Below, piece after piece: positions 50,151 to 64,000 of a DNA stretch of 64,000 bases. Positions within the stretch are counted from its first letter, which is position 1, and each line of letters opens with the position of its first letter. This stretch comes from Azolla caroliniana. Its lineage: Eukaryota > Plantae > Polypodiophyta. Where the stretch lies: positions 5,162-69,161 of the forward strand of contig JBHGNT010000136.1 in assembly GCA_043228905.1 (NCBI GenBank), in the 5' to 3' direction. The translations under genes were made by a program, and so were the position numbers. Under the pieces are notes generated by a model that did no database searches, was not told the DNA's origin, and saw nothing but the letters and a program-made list of their open reading frames with translations.

Positions 50151-53100
50151 GTTTCAAAATCTTGATTTTTCAATTCCATATCATAGCTAGCGTTGTTAGC
50201 TTCGATTCGCATGTTTGAACACAAAAATCCGATATCATACGAGCCAGGTACGAACATTTTAATTTACTCAAGGGCTCCTCTCAACTCCCTCCTCAAGTTT
50301 GCTAATTTCGTCATGCCTCTCGACCTGAGTTTCAAAATCTTGATTTTTTAATTCCATATCATAGCTTGCGTTGTTAGCTTCGATTCGCATGTCTGAACAC
50401 AAAAATCCGATATCACACGAGCCAGGTATGAACATTTTAATTTACCTACAAGCTCTTCTCAACTCCCTCCTCGAATTTGGTAATTTCGTCATGTCTCTCG
50501 ACCTGAGTTTCAAAATCTTGATTTTTTAATTCCATATCAAAACTAGCGTTGTTAGCTTCGATTCGCATGTCTGAACACAAAAATCCGATATGACACGAGC
50601 CAGGTATGAACATTTTAATTTACTCAAGGGCTCCTCTCAACTCCCTCCTCAAGTTTGCTAATTTCTTCATATCTCTCGACCTAAGTTTGAAAATCTTGAG
50701 TTTTTAAATCCACATCATAGCTAGCGTTGTTAGCTTTGATTCGCATATTTGAACACAAAAATCCGATATCACACTCGCCAGGTATGAACATTTTAATTTA
50801 CCTACTAGCTCTTCTCAACTCACTCCTCAATTTGGTAATTTCGTCATGTCTCTCGACCTGAGTTTCAAAATCTTGATTTTTTAATTCCATATCATAGCTA
50901 GCGTTGTTAGATTCGATTCGAATGTTTGAACACAAAAATCCGATATCACACGAGGCAGGTAGGAACATTTTAATTTACTCCAAGGGTCCTCACAACTCCC
51001 TCTTCAAGTTTGCTAATTTCGTCATGTCTCTCGATGTGAGTTTCAAAATCTTGATTTTTTAATTCCATATCATAGCTAGCGTTGTTAGATTCGATTCGCA
51101 TGTTTGAACACAAAAATCCGATTTCACACGAGCCAGGTATGGACATTTTAGTTTACTCAAGGGCTCCTCTCAACTCCCTCCTCAAGTTTGTTAATTTCTT
51201 CATATCTCTCGACCTGAGTTTCAAAATCTTGAGTTTTTAATTCCATATCAAAACTAGCGTTGTTAGCTTCGATTCGCATGTCTGAACACAAAAATCCGAT
51301 ATGACACGAGCCAGGTATGAACATTTTAATTTACTCAAGGGCTCCTCTCAACTCCCTCCTCAAGTTTGCTAATTTCTTCATATCTCTCGACCTAAGTTTG
51401 AAAATCTTGAGTTTTTAAATCCACATCATAGCTAGCGTTGTTAGCTTTGATTCGCATATTTGAACACAAAAATCCAATATCACACTCGCCAGGTATCAAC
51501 ATTTTAATTTACCTACTAGCTCTTCTCAACTCACTCCTCAATTTGGTAATTTCGTCATGTCTCTCGACCTGAGTTTCAAAATCTTGATTTTTTAATTGCA
51601 TATCATAGCTAGCGTTGTTAGATTCGATTCGCATGTTTGAACACAAAAATCCGATATCACACGAGGCAGGTAGGAACATTTTAATTTACTCCAGGGGTCC
51701 TCACAACTCCCTCTTCAAGTTTGCTAATTTCGTCATGTCTCTCGATGTGAGTTTCAAAATCTTGATTTTTTAATTCCATATCATAGCTAGCGTTGTTAGA
51801 TTCGATTCGCATGTTTGAACACAAAAATTCGATTTCACACGAGCCAGGTATGGACATTTTAGTTTACTCAAGGGCTCCTCTCAACTCCTTCCTCAAGTTT
51901 GTTAATTTCTTCATATCTCTCGACCTGAGTTTCAAAATCTTGAGTTTTTAAATTCACATCATAGCTAGCATTCTTAGCTTCGATTCGCATGTTTGAATAC
52001 AAAAATCCGATATCACACTCGCCAGGTATGAACATTTCAATTTACCTACCTACTCTTCTCAACTCCCTCCTCAAATTTGCTAATTTCGTCATGTCTCTCG
52101 ACCGGAATTTGAAAATCTTGATTTTTTAATTCCATATCATAGCTAGCGTTGTTAGCTTCGATTCGCATGTTTGAACACATAAATCCGATATGACACTCGC
52201 CAGGTATGAACATTTAAATTTACCTACTAGCTCTTCTCAACTCACTCCTCAAATTTGGTAATTTCCTCATGTCTCTCGACCTGAGTTTCAAAATCTTGAC
52301 TTTTTAATTCCATATCATAGCTAGCGTTGTTAGATTCGATTTGCATATTTGAACACAAAAATCCGATATCACACGAGCCAGGTAGGAACATTTTAATTTA
52401 CTCAAGGGCTCCTCTCAACTCCCTCCTCAAGTTTGCTATTTTCGTCATGTCTCTCGACCTGAGTTTCAAAATCTTGATTTTTTAATTCCATATCATAGAT
52501 AGCGTTGTTAGATTCGATTCGCATGTTTGAACTCAAAAATCCGATATCACACGAGCCAGGTAGGAACATTTTAATTTACTCAAGGGCTCCTCTCAACTCC
52601 CTCCTCAAGTTTGCTAATTTATTCATATCTCTCGACCTGAGTTTCAAAATCTTGATTTTTCAATTCCATATCATAGCTAGCGTTGTTAGCTTCGATTCGC
52701 ATGTTTGAACACAAAAATCCGATATCATACGAGCCAGGTACGAACATTTTAATTTACTCAAGGGCTCCTCTCAACTCCCTCCTCAAGTTTGCTAATTTCG
52801 TCATGCCTCTCGACCTGAGTTTCAAAATCTTGATTTTTTAATTCCATATCATAGCTTGTGTTGTTAGCTTCGATTCGCATGTCTGAACACAAAAATCCGA
52901 TATCACACGAGCCAGGTATGAACATTTTAATTTACCTACAAGCTCTTCTCAACTCCCTCCTCGAATTTGGTAATTTCGTCATGTCTCTCGACCTGAGTTT
53001 CAAAATCTTGATTTTTTAATTCCATATCAAAACTAGCGTTGTTAGCTTCGATTCGCATGTCTGAACACAAAAATCCGATATGACACGAGCCAGGTATGAA

Positions 53101-56100
53101 CATTTTAATTTACTCAAGGGCTCCTCTCAACTCCCTCCTCAAGTTTGCTAATTTCTTCATATCTCTCGACCTAAGTTTGAAAATCTTGAGTTTTTAAATC
53201 CACATCATAGCTAGCGTTGTTAGCTTTGATTCGCATATTTGAACACAAAAATCCGATATCACACTCGCCAGGTATGAACATTTTAATTTACCTACTAGCT
53301 CTTCTCAACTCACTCCTCAATTTGGTAATTTCGTCATGTCTCTCGACCTGAGTTTCAAAATCTTGATTTTTTAATTCCATATCATAGCTAGCGTTGTTAG
53401 ATTCGATTCGAATGTTTGAACACAAAAATCCGATATCACACGAGGCAGGTAGGAACATTTTAATTTACTCCAAGGGTCCTCACAACTCCCTCTTCAAGTT
53501 TGCTAATTTCGTCATGTCTCTCGATGTGAGTTTCAAAATCTTGATTTTTTAATTCCATATCATAGCTAGCGTTGTTAGATTCGATTCGCATGTTTGAACA
53601 CAAAAATCCGATTTCACACGAGCCAGGTATGGACATTTTAGTTTACTCAAGGGCTCCTCTCAACTCCCTCCTCAAGTTTGTTAATTTCTTCATATCTCTC
53701 GACCTGAGTTTCAAAATCTTGAGTTTTTAAATCCACATCATAGCTAGCGTTCTTAGCTTCGATTCGCATGTTTGAATACAAAAATCTGATATCACACTCG
53801 CCAGGTATGAACATTTTAATTTACCTACCTACTCTTCTCAACTCCCTCCTCAAATTTGCTAATTTCGTCATGTCTCTCGACCGGAATTTGAAAATCTTGA
53901 TTTTTTAATTCCATATCATAGCTAGCGTTGTTAGCTTCGATTCGCATGTTTGAACACATAAATCCGATATGACACTCGCCAGGTATGAACATTTAAATTT
54001 ACCTACTAGCTCTTCTCAACTCACTCCTCAAATTTGGTAATTTCCTCATGTCTCTCGACCTGAGTTTCAAAATCTTGACTTTTTAATTCCATATCATAGC
54101 TAGCGTTGTTAGATTCGATTTGCATATTTGAACACAAAAATCCGATATCACACGAGCCAGGTAGGAACATTTTAATTTACTCAAGGGCTCCTCTCAACTC
54201 CCTCCTCAAGTTTGCTATTTTCGTCATGTCTCTCGACCTGAGTTTCAAAATCTTGATTTTTTAATTCCATATCATAGATAGCGTTGTTAGATTCGATTCG
54301 CATGTTTGAACTCAAAAATCCGATATCACACGAGCCAGGTAGGAACATTTTAATTTACTCAAGGGCTCCTCTCAACTCCCTCCTCAAGTTTGCTAATTTA
54401 TTCATATCTCTCGACCTGAGTTTCAAAATCTTGATTTTTCAATTCCATATCATAGCTAGCGTTGTTAGCTTCGATTCGCATGTTTGAACACAAAAATCCG
54501 ATATCATACGAGCCAGGTACGAACATGTTAATTTACTCAAGGGCTCCTCTCAACTCCCTCCTCAAGTTTGCTAATTTCGTCATGCCTCTCGACCTGAGTT
54601 TCAAAATCTTGATTTTTTAATTCCATATCATAGCTTGCGTTGTTAGCTTCGATTCGCATGTCTGAACATAAAAATCCGATATCACACGAGCCAGGTATGA
54701 ACATTTTAATTTACCTACAAGCTCTTCTCAACTCCCTCCTCGAATTTGGTAATTTCGTCATGTCTCTCGACCTGAGTTTCAAAATCTTGATTTTTCAATT
54801 CCATATCATAGCTAGCGTTGTTAGCTTCGATTCGCATGTTTGAACACAAAAATCCGATATCATACGAGGCAGGTACGAACATGTTAATTTACTCAAGGGC
54901 TCCTCTCAACTCCCTCCTCAAGTTTGCTAATTTCGTCATGCCTCTCGACCTGAGTTTCAAAATCTTGATTTTTTAATTCCATATCATAGCTTGCGTTGTT
55001 AGCTTCGATTCGCATGTCTGAACACAAAAATCCGATATCACACGAGCCAGGTATGAACATTTTAATTTACCTACAAGCTCTTCTCAACTCGCTCCTCGAA
55101 TTTGGTAATTTCGTCATGTCTCTCGACCTGAGTTTCAAAATCTTGATTTTTTAATTCCATATCAAAGCTAGCGTTGTTAGCTTCGATTCGCATGTTTGAA
55201 CACAAAAATCCGATATGACACGAGCCAGGTATGAACATTTTAATTTACTCAAGGGCTCCTCTCAACTCCCTCCTCAAGTTTGCTAATTTCTTCATATCTC
55301 TCGACCTAAGTTTGAAAATCTTGAGTTTTTAAATCCACATCATAGCTAGCGTTGTTAGCTTTGATTCGCATATTTGAACACAAAAATCCGATATCACACT
55401 CGCCAGGTATGAACATTTTAATTTACCTACTAGCTCTTCTCAACTCACTCCTCAATTTGGTAATTTCGTCATGTCTCTCGACCTGAGTTTCAAAATCTTG
55501 ATTTTTTAATTCCATATCATAGCTAGCGTTGTTAGATTCGATTCGCATGTTTGAACACAAAAATCCGATATCACATGAGGCAGGTAGGAACATTTTAATT
55601 TACTCTAGGGGTCCTCACAACTCCCTCTTCAAGTTTGCTAATTTCGTCATGTCTCTCGATGTGAGTTTCAAAATCTTGATTTTTTAATTCCATATCATAG
55701 CTAGCGTTGTTAGATTCGATTCGCATGTTTGAACACAAAAATCCGATTTCACACGAGCCAGGTATGGACATTTTAGTTTACTCAAGGGCTCCTCTCAACT
55801 CCCTCCTCAAGTTTGTTAATTTCTTCATATCTCTCGACCTGAGTTTCAAAATCTTGAGTTTTTAAATCCACATCATAGCTAGCGTTCTTAGCTTCGATTC
55901 GCATGTTTGAATACAAAAATCTGATATCACACTCGCCAGGTATGAACATTTTAATTTACCTACCTACTCTTCTCAACTCCCTCCTCAAATTTCCTAATTT
56001 CGTCATGTCTCTCGACTGGAATTTGAAAATCTTGATTTTTTAATTCCATATCATAGCTAGCGTTGTTAGCTTCGATTCGCATGTTTGAACACATAAATCC

Positions 56101-59100
56101 GATATGACACTCGCCAGGTATGAACATTTAAATTTACCTACTAGCTCTTCTCAACTCACTCCTCAAATTTGGTAATTTCCTCATGTCTCTCGACCTGAGT
56201 TTCAAAATCTTGACTTTTTAATTCCATATCATAGCTAGCGTTGTTAGATTCGATTTGCATATTTGAACACAAAAATCCGATATCACACGAGCCAGGTAGG
56301 AACATTTTAATTTACTCAAGGGCTCCTCTCAACTCCCTCCTCAAGTTTGCTATTTTCGTCATGTCTCTCGACCTGAGTTTCAAAATCTTGATTTTTTAAT
56401 TCCATATCATAGATAGCGTTGTTAGATTCGATTCGCATGTTTGAACACAAAAATCCGATATCACACGAGCCAGGTAGGAACATTTTAATTTACTCAAGGG
56501 CTCCTCTCAACTCCCTCCTCAAGTTTGCTAATTTATTCATATCTCTCGACCTGAGTTTCAAAATCTTGATTTTTCAATTCCATATCATAGCTAGCGTTGT
56601 TAGCTTCGATTCGCATGTTTGAACACAAAAATCCGATATCATACGAGCCAGGTACGAACATGTTAATTTACTCAAGGGCTCCTCTCAACTCCCTCCTCAA
56701 GTTTGCTAATTTCATCATGCCTCTCGACCTGAGTTTCAAAATCTTGATTTTTTAATTCCATATCATAGCTTGCGTTGTTAGCTTCGATTCGCATGTCTGA
56801 ACACAAAAATCCGATATCACACGAGCCAGGTATGAACATTTTAATTTACCTACAAGCTCTTCTCAACTCCCTCCTCGAATTTGGTAATTTCGTCATGTCT
56901 CTCGACCTGAGTTTCAAAATCTTGATTTTTTAATTCCATATCAAAGCTAGCGTTGTTAGCTTCGATTCGCATGTTTGAACACAAAAATCCGATATGACAC
57001 GAGCCAGGTATGAACATTTTAATTTACTCAAGGGCTCCTCTCAACTCCCTCCTCAAGTTTGCTAATTTCTTCATATCTCTCGACCTAAGTTTGAAAATCT
57101 TGAGTTTTTAAATCCACATCATAGCTAGCGTTGTTAGCTTTGATTCGCATATTTGAACACAAAAATCCGATATCACACTCGCCAGGTATGAACATTTTAA
57201 TTTACCTACTAGCTCTTCTCAACTCACTCCTCAATTTGGTAATTTCGTCATGTCTCTCGACCTGAGTTTCAAAATCTTGATTTTTTAATTCCATATCATA
57301 GCTAGCGTTGTTAGATTCGATTCGCATGTTTGAACACAAAAATCCGATATCACACGAGGCAGGTAGGAACATTTTAATTTACTCTAGGGGTCCTCACAAC
57401 TCCCTCTTCAAGTTTGCTAATTTCGTCATGTCTCTCGACCTGAGTTTCAAAATCTTGACTTTTTAATTCCATATCATAGCTAGCGCTGTTAGATTCGATT
57501 TGCATATTTGAACACAAAAATCCGATATCACACGAGCCAGGTAGGAACATTTTAATTTACTCAAGGGCTCCTCTCAACTCCCTCCTCAAGTTTGCTATTT
57601 TCGTCATGTCTCTTGACCTGAGTTTCAAAATCTTGATTTTTTAATTCCATATCATAGATAGCGTTGTTAGATTCGATTCGCATGTTTGAACACAAAAATC
57701 CGATATCACACGAGCCAGGTAGGAACATTTTAATTTACTCAAGGGCTCCTCTCAACTCCCTCCTCAAGTTTGCTAATTTATTCATATCTCTCGACCTGAG
57801 TTTCAAAATCTTGATTTTTCAATTCCATATCATAGCTAGCGTTGTTAGCTTCGATTCGCATGTTTGAACACATAAATCCAATATCATACGAGCCAGGTAC
57901 GAACATGTTAATTTACTCAAGGGCTCCTCTCAACTCCCTCCTCAAGTTTGCTAATTTCGTCATGCCTCTCGACCTGAGTTTCAAAATCTTGATTTTTTAA
58001 TTCCATATCATAGCTTGCGTTGTTAGCTTCGATTCGCATGTCTGAACACAAAAATCCGATATCACACGAGCCAGGTATGAACATTTTAATTTACCTACAA
58101 GCTCTTCTCAACTCCCTCCTCGAATTTGGTAATTTCGTCATGTCTCTCGACCTGAGTTTCAAAATCTTGATTTTTTAATTCCATATCAAAACTAGCGTTG
58201 TTAGCTTCGATTCGCATGTTTGAATACAAAAATCCGATATGACACGAGCCAGGTATGAACATTTTAATTTACTCAAGGGCTCCTCTCAACTCCCTCCTCA
58301 AGTTTGCTAATTTCTTCATATCTCTCGACCTAAGTTTGAAAATCTTGAGTTTTTAAATCCACATCATAGCTAGCGTTGTTAGCTTTGATTCGCATATTTG
58401 AACACAAAAATCCGATATCACACTCGCCAGGTATGAACATTTTAATTTACCTACTAGCTCTTCTCAACTCACTCCTCAATTTGGTAATTTCGTCATGTCT
58501 CTCGACCTGAGTTTCAAAATCTTGATTTTTTAATTCCATATCATAGCTAGCGTTGTTAGATTCGATTCGCATGTTTGAACACAAAAATCCGATATCACAC
58601 GAGGCAGGTAGGAACATTTTAATTTACTCTAGGGGTCCTCACAACTCCCTCTTCAAGTTTGCTAATTTCGTCATGTCTCTCGATGTGAGTTTCAAAATCT
58701 TGATTTTTTAATTCCATATCATAGCTAGCGTTGTTAGATTCGATTCCCATGTTTGAACACAAAACTCCGATTTCACACGAGCCAGGTATGGACATTTTAG
58801 TTTACTCAAGGGCTCCTCTCAACTCCCTCCTCAAGTTTGTTAATTTCTTCATATCTCTCGACCTGAGTTTCAAAATCTTGAGTTTTTAAATCCACATCAT
58901 AGCTAGCGTTCTTAGCTTCGATTCGCATGTTTGAATACAAAAATCTGATATCACACTCGCCAGGTATGAACATTTTAATTTACCTACCTACTCTTCTCAA
59001 CTCCCTCCTCAAATTTGCTAATTTCGTCATGTCTCTCGACCGGAATTTGAAAATCTTGATTTTTTAATTCCATATCATAGCTAGCGTTGTTAGCTTCGAT

Positions 59101-62100
59101 TCGCATGTTTGAACACATAAATCCGATATGACACTCGCCAGGTATGAACATTTAAATTTACCTACTAGCTCTTCTCAACTCACTCCTCAAATTTGGTAAT
59201 TTCCTCATGTCTCTCGACCTGAGTTTCAAAATCTTGACTTTTTAATTCCATATCATAGCTAGCGTTGTTAGATTCGATTTGCATATTTGAACACAAAAAT
59301 CCGATATCACACGAGCCAGGTAGGAACATTTTAATTTACTCAAGGGCTCCTCTCAACAACCTCCTCAAGTTTGCTATTTTCGTCATGTCTCTCGACCTGA
59401 GTTTCAAAATCTTGATTTTTTAATTCCATATCATAGATAGCGTTGTTAGATTCGATTCGCATGTTTGAACACAAAAATCCGATATCACACGAGCCAGGTA
59501 GGAACATTTTAATTTACTCAAGGGCTCCTCTCAACTCCCTCCTCAAGTTTGCTAATTTATTCATATCTCTCGACCTGAGTTTCAAAATCTTGATTTTTCA
59601 ATTCCATATCATAGCTAGCGTTGTTAGCTTCGATTCGCATGTTTGAACACATAAATCCAATATCATACGAGCCAGGTACGAACATGTTAATTTACTCAAG
59701 AGCTCCTCTCAACTCCCTCCTCAAGTTTGCTAATTTCGTCATGCCTCTCGACCTGAGTTTCAAAATCTTGATTTTTTAATTCCATATCATAGCTTGCGTT
59801 GTTAGCTTCGATTCGCATGTCTGAACACAAAAATCCGATATCACACGAGCCAGGTATGAACATTTTAATTTAGCTACAAGCTCTTCTCAACTCCCTCCTC
59901 GAATTTGGTAATTTCGTCATGTCTCTCGACCTGAGTTTCAAAATCTTGATTTTTTAATTCCATATCAAAACTAGCGTTGTTAGCTTCGATTCGCATGTTT
60001 GAACACAAAAATCCGATATCACACGAGCCAGGTATGAACATTTTAATTTACTCAAGGGCTCCTCTCAACTCCCTCCTCAAGTTTGCTAATTACTTCTTAT
60101 CTCTCGACCTAAGTTTGAAAATCTTGAGTTTTTAAATCCACATCATAGCTAGCGTTGTTAGCTTTGATTCGCATATTTGAACACAAAAATCCGATATCAC
60201 ACTCGCCAGGTATGAACATTTTAATTTACCTACTAGCTCTTCTCAACTCACTCCTCAATTTGGTAATTTCGTCATGTCTCTCGACCTGAGTTTCAAAATC
60301 TTGATTTTTTAATTCCATATCATAGCTAGCGTTGTTAGATTCGATTCGCATGTTTGAACACAAAAATCCGATATCACACGAGGCAGGTAGGAACATTTTA
60401 ATTTACTCTAGGGGTCCTCACAACTCCCTCTTCAAGTTTGCTAATTTCGTCATGTCTCTCGATGTGAGTTTCAAAATCTTGATTTTTTAATTCCATATCA
60501 TAGCTAGCGTTGTTAGATTCGATTCCCATGTTTGAACACAAAAATCCGATTTCACACGAGCCAGGTATGGACATTTTAGTTTACTCAAGGGCTCCTCTCA
60601 ACTCCCTCCTCAAGTTTGTTAATTTCTTCATATCTCTCGACCTGAGTTTCAAAATCTTGAGTTTTTAAATCCACATCATAGCTAGCGTTCTTAGCTTCGA
60701 TTCGCATGTTTGAATACAAAAATCTGATATCACACTCGCCAGGTATGAACATTTTAATTTACCTACCTACTCTTCTCAACTCCCTCCTCAAATTTGCTAA
60801 TTTCGTCATGTCTCTCGACCGGAATTTGAAAATCTTGATTTTTTAATTCCATATCATAGCTAGCGTTGTTAGCTTCGATTCGCATGTTTGAACACATAAA
60901 TCCGATATGACACTCGCCAGGTATGAACATTTAAATTTACCTACTAGCTCTTCTCAACTCACTCCTCAAATTTGGTAATTTCCTCATGTCTCTCGACCTG
61001 AGTTTCAAAATCTTGACTTTTTAATTCCATATCATAGCTAGCGTTGTTAGATTCGATTTGCATATTTGAACACAAAAATCCGATATCACACGAGCGAGGT
61101 AGGAACATTTTAATTTACTCAAGGGCTCCTCTCAACTCCTTCCTCAAGTTTGCTATTTTCGTCATGTCTCTCGACCTGAGTTTCAAAATCTTGATTTTTT
61201 AATTCCATATCATAGATAGCGTTGTTAGATTCGATTCGAATGTTTGAACACAAAAATCCGATATCACACGAGCCAGGTAGGAACATTTTAATTTACTCAA
61301 GGGCTCCTCTCAACTCCCTCCTCAAGTTTGCTAATTTATTCATTTCATAGTAAACGTTTTTAAATCCACATCATAGCTAGCGTTGTTAGCTTTGATTCGC
61401 ATATTTGAACACAAAAATCCGATATCACACTCGCCAGGTATGAACATTTTAATTTACCTACTTGCTCTTGTCAACTCCCTCCTCAAATTTGCTAATTTCT
61501 TCATGTCTCTCGACCTGAGTTTCAAAATCTTGATTTTTTAATTCCATATCATAGCAAGCGTTGTTAGCTTCGATTCGCATGTTTGAACACATAAATCCAA
61601 TATCATACGAGCCAGGTACGAACATGTTAATTTACTCAAGGGCTCCTCTCAACTCCCTCCTCAAGTTTGCTAATTTCGTCATGCCTCTCGACCTGAGTTT
61701 CAAAATCTTGATTTTTTAATTCCATATCATAGCTTGCGTTGTTAGCTTCGATTCGCATGTCTGAACACAAAAATCCGATATCACACGAGCCAGGTATGAA
61801 CATTTTAATTTACCTACAAGCTCTTCTCAACTCCCTCCTCGAATTTGGTAATTTCGTCATGTCTCTCGACCTGAGTTTCAAAATCTTGATTTTTTAATTC
61901 CATATCAAAGCTAGCGTTGTTAGCTTCGATTCGCATGTTTGAACACAAAAATCCGATATGACACGAGCCAGGTATGAACATTTTAATTTACTCAAGGGCT
62001 CCTCTCAACTCCCTCCTCAAGTTTGCTAATTTCTTCATATCTCTCGACCTAAGTTTGAAAATCTTGAGTTTTTAAATCCACATCATAGCTAGCGTTGTTA

Positions 62101-64000
62101 GCTTTGATTCGCATATTTGAACACAAAAATCCGATATCACACTCGCCAGGTATGAACATTTTAATTTACCTACTAGCTCTTCTCAACTCACTCCTCAATT
62201 TGGTAATTTCGTCATGTCTCTCGACCTGAGTTTCAAAATCTTGATTTTTTAATTCCATATCATAGCTAGCGTTGTTAGATTCGATTCGCATGTTTGAACA
62301 CAAAAATCCGATATCACACGAGGCAGGTAGGAACATTTTAATTTACTCTAGGGGTCCTCACAACTCCCTCTTCAAGTTTGCTAATTTCGTCATGTCTCTC
62401 GACCTGAGTTTCAAAATCTTGACTTTTTAATTCCATATCATAGCTAGCGTTGTTAGATTCGATTTGCATATTTGAACACAAAAATCCGATATCACACGAG
62501 CCAGGTAGGAACATTTTAATTTACTCAAGGGCTCCTCTCAACTCCCTCCTCAAGTTTGCTATTTTCGTCATGTCTCTTGACCTGAGTTTCAAAATCTTGA
62601 TTTTTTAATTCCATATCATAGATAGCGTTGTTAGATTCGATTCGCATGTTTGAACACAAAAATCCGATATCACACGAGCCAGGTAGGAACATTTTAATTT
62701 ACTCAAGGGCTCCTCTCAACTCCCTCCTCAAGTTTGCTAATTTATTCATATCTCTCGACCTGAGTTTCAAAATCTTGATTTTTCAATTCCATATCATAGC
62801 TAGCGTTGTTAGCTTCGATTCGCATGTTTGAACACATAAATCCAATATCATACGAGCCAGGTACGAACATGTTAATTTACTCAAGGGCTCCTCTCAACTC
62901 CCTCCTCAAGTTTGCTAATTTCGTCATGCCTCTCGACCTGAGTTTCAAAATCTTGATTTTTTAATTCCATATCATAGCTTGCGTTGTTAGCTTCGATTCG
63001 CATGTCTGAACACAAAAATCCGATATCACACGAGCCAGGTATGAACATTTTAATTTACCTACAAGCTCTTCTCAACTCCCTCCTCGAATTTGGTAATTTC
63101 GTCATGTCTCTCGACCTGAGTTTCAAAATCTTGATTTTTTAATTCCATATCAAAACTAGCGTTGTTAGCTTCGATTCGCATGTTTGAATACAAAAATCCG
63201 ATATGACACGAGCCAGGTATGAACATTTTAATTTACTCAAGGGCTCCTCTCAACTCCCTCCTCAAGTTTGCTAATTTCTTCATATCTCTCGACCTAAGTT
63301 TGAAAATCTTGAGTTTTTAAATCCACATCATAGCTAGCGTTGTTAGCTTTGATTCGCATATTTGAACACAAAAATCCGATATCACACTCGCCAGGTATGA
63401 ACATTTTAATTTACCTACTAGCTCTTCTCAACTCACTCCTCAATTTGGTAATTTCGTCATGTCTCTCGACCTGAGTTTCAAAATCTTGATTTTTTAATTC
63501 CATATCATAGCTAGCGTTGTTAGATTCGATTCGCATGTTTGAACACAAAAATCCGATATCACACGAGGCAGGTAGGAACATTTTAATTTACTCTAGGGGT
63601 CCTCACAACTCCCTCTTCAAGTTTGCTAATTTCGTCATGTCTCTCGATGTGAGTTTCAAAATCTTGATTTTTTAATTCCATATCATAGCTAGCGTTGTTA
63701 GATTCGATTCCCATGTTTGAACACAAAACTCCGATTTCACACGAGCCAGGTATGGACATTTTAGTTTACTCAAGGGCTCCTCTCAACTCCCTCCTCAAGT
63801 TTGTTAATTTCTTCATATCTCTCGACCTGAGTTTCAAAATCTTGAGTTTTTAAATCCACATCATAGCTAGCGTTCTTAGCTTCGATTCGCATGTTTGAAT
63901 ACAAAAATCTGATATCACACTCGCCAGGTATGAACATTTTAATTTACCTACCTACTCTTCTCAACTCCCTCCTCAAATTTGCTAATTTCGTCATGTCTCT
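50150..64000 (+). repeat. Homogeneous 10-mer higher-order repeat (1779 bp) with 7-mer (1245) and 12-mer (2135) variants
   Basis: The same monomer variant recurs at 52505, 54284, 56419, 57664 and 59443 (spacings 1779, 2135, 1245, 1779). Each unit includes one 177-bp monomer (cctcaatttgg). Confidence 0.88.

Larger units (their letters stand above)
25740..64000 (+). repeat. 178-bp tandem satellite array, right block (same family and orientation)
   Basis: Resumes at tgtttgaacacaaaaatccg (25740) and runs to the window end, interrupted only by the telomeric tract at about 48199-48245 and by small indels. Confidence 0.98.

Noticed and set aside
26608-62831. Recurrent 67-68 aa ORFs (MLDSIRMFEHKNP...)
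   Set aside because: They arise from a single taa-to-caa satellite variant with non-ATG starts. Useful only as HOR markers.
1-64000. CRISPR array interpretation (conserved plus variable segments)
   Set aside because: The variable segments are homologous variants rather than unique spacers, and there are no cas genes.

Overview
Eukaryotic heterochromatin-type window. About 93% of it is one head-to-tail 178-bp AT-rich satellite array (centromere-like), all in one orientation and organised into higher-order repeats and sub-family domains. There are two insertions. The first is a 4.33-kb minus-strand Penelope-like retroelement (PLE) at 21406-25739 with no GIY-YIG endonuclease. It carries a Pro/His/Gln-rich ORF1 and a canonical -1 ribosomal frameshift signal (A AAA AAC, 5-nt spacer, strong stem-loop) that leads into the RT frame. 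The PLE-type RT is broken only by one extra base in a G12 run. The 1.2-kb 3' UTR holds a polypyrimidine tract, a complete type I hammerhead ribozyme and several CCCUAAACCCU telomere-complementary motifs. The second insertion is a perfect (TTTAGGG)6 tract at 48201-48242. Both insertions fall about 7 nt apart in satellite-monomer coordinates, at the AAAATC-TT-GATTTT dyad, and have the same polarity. This suggests a break-prone satellite site healed by telomerase-like reverse transcription. The host cannot be identified from sequence alone; it probably has TTTAGGG telomeres. All short ORFs inside the satellite are spurious.
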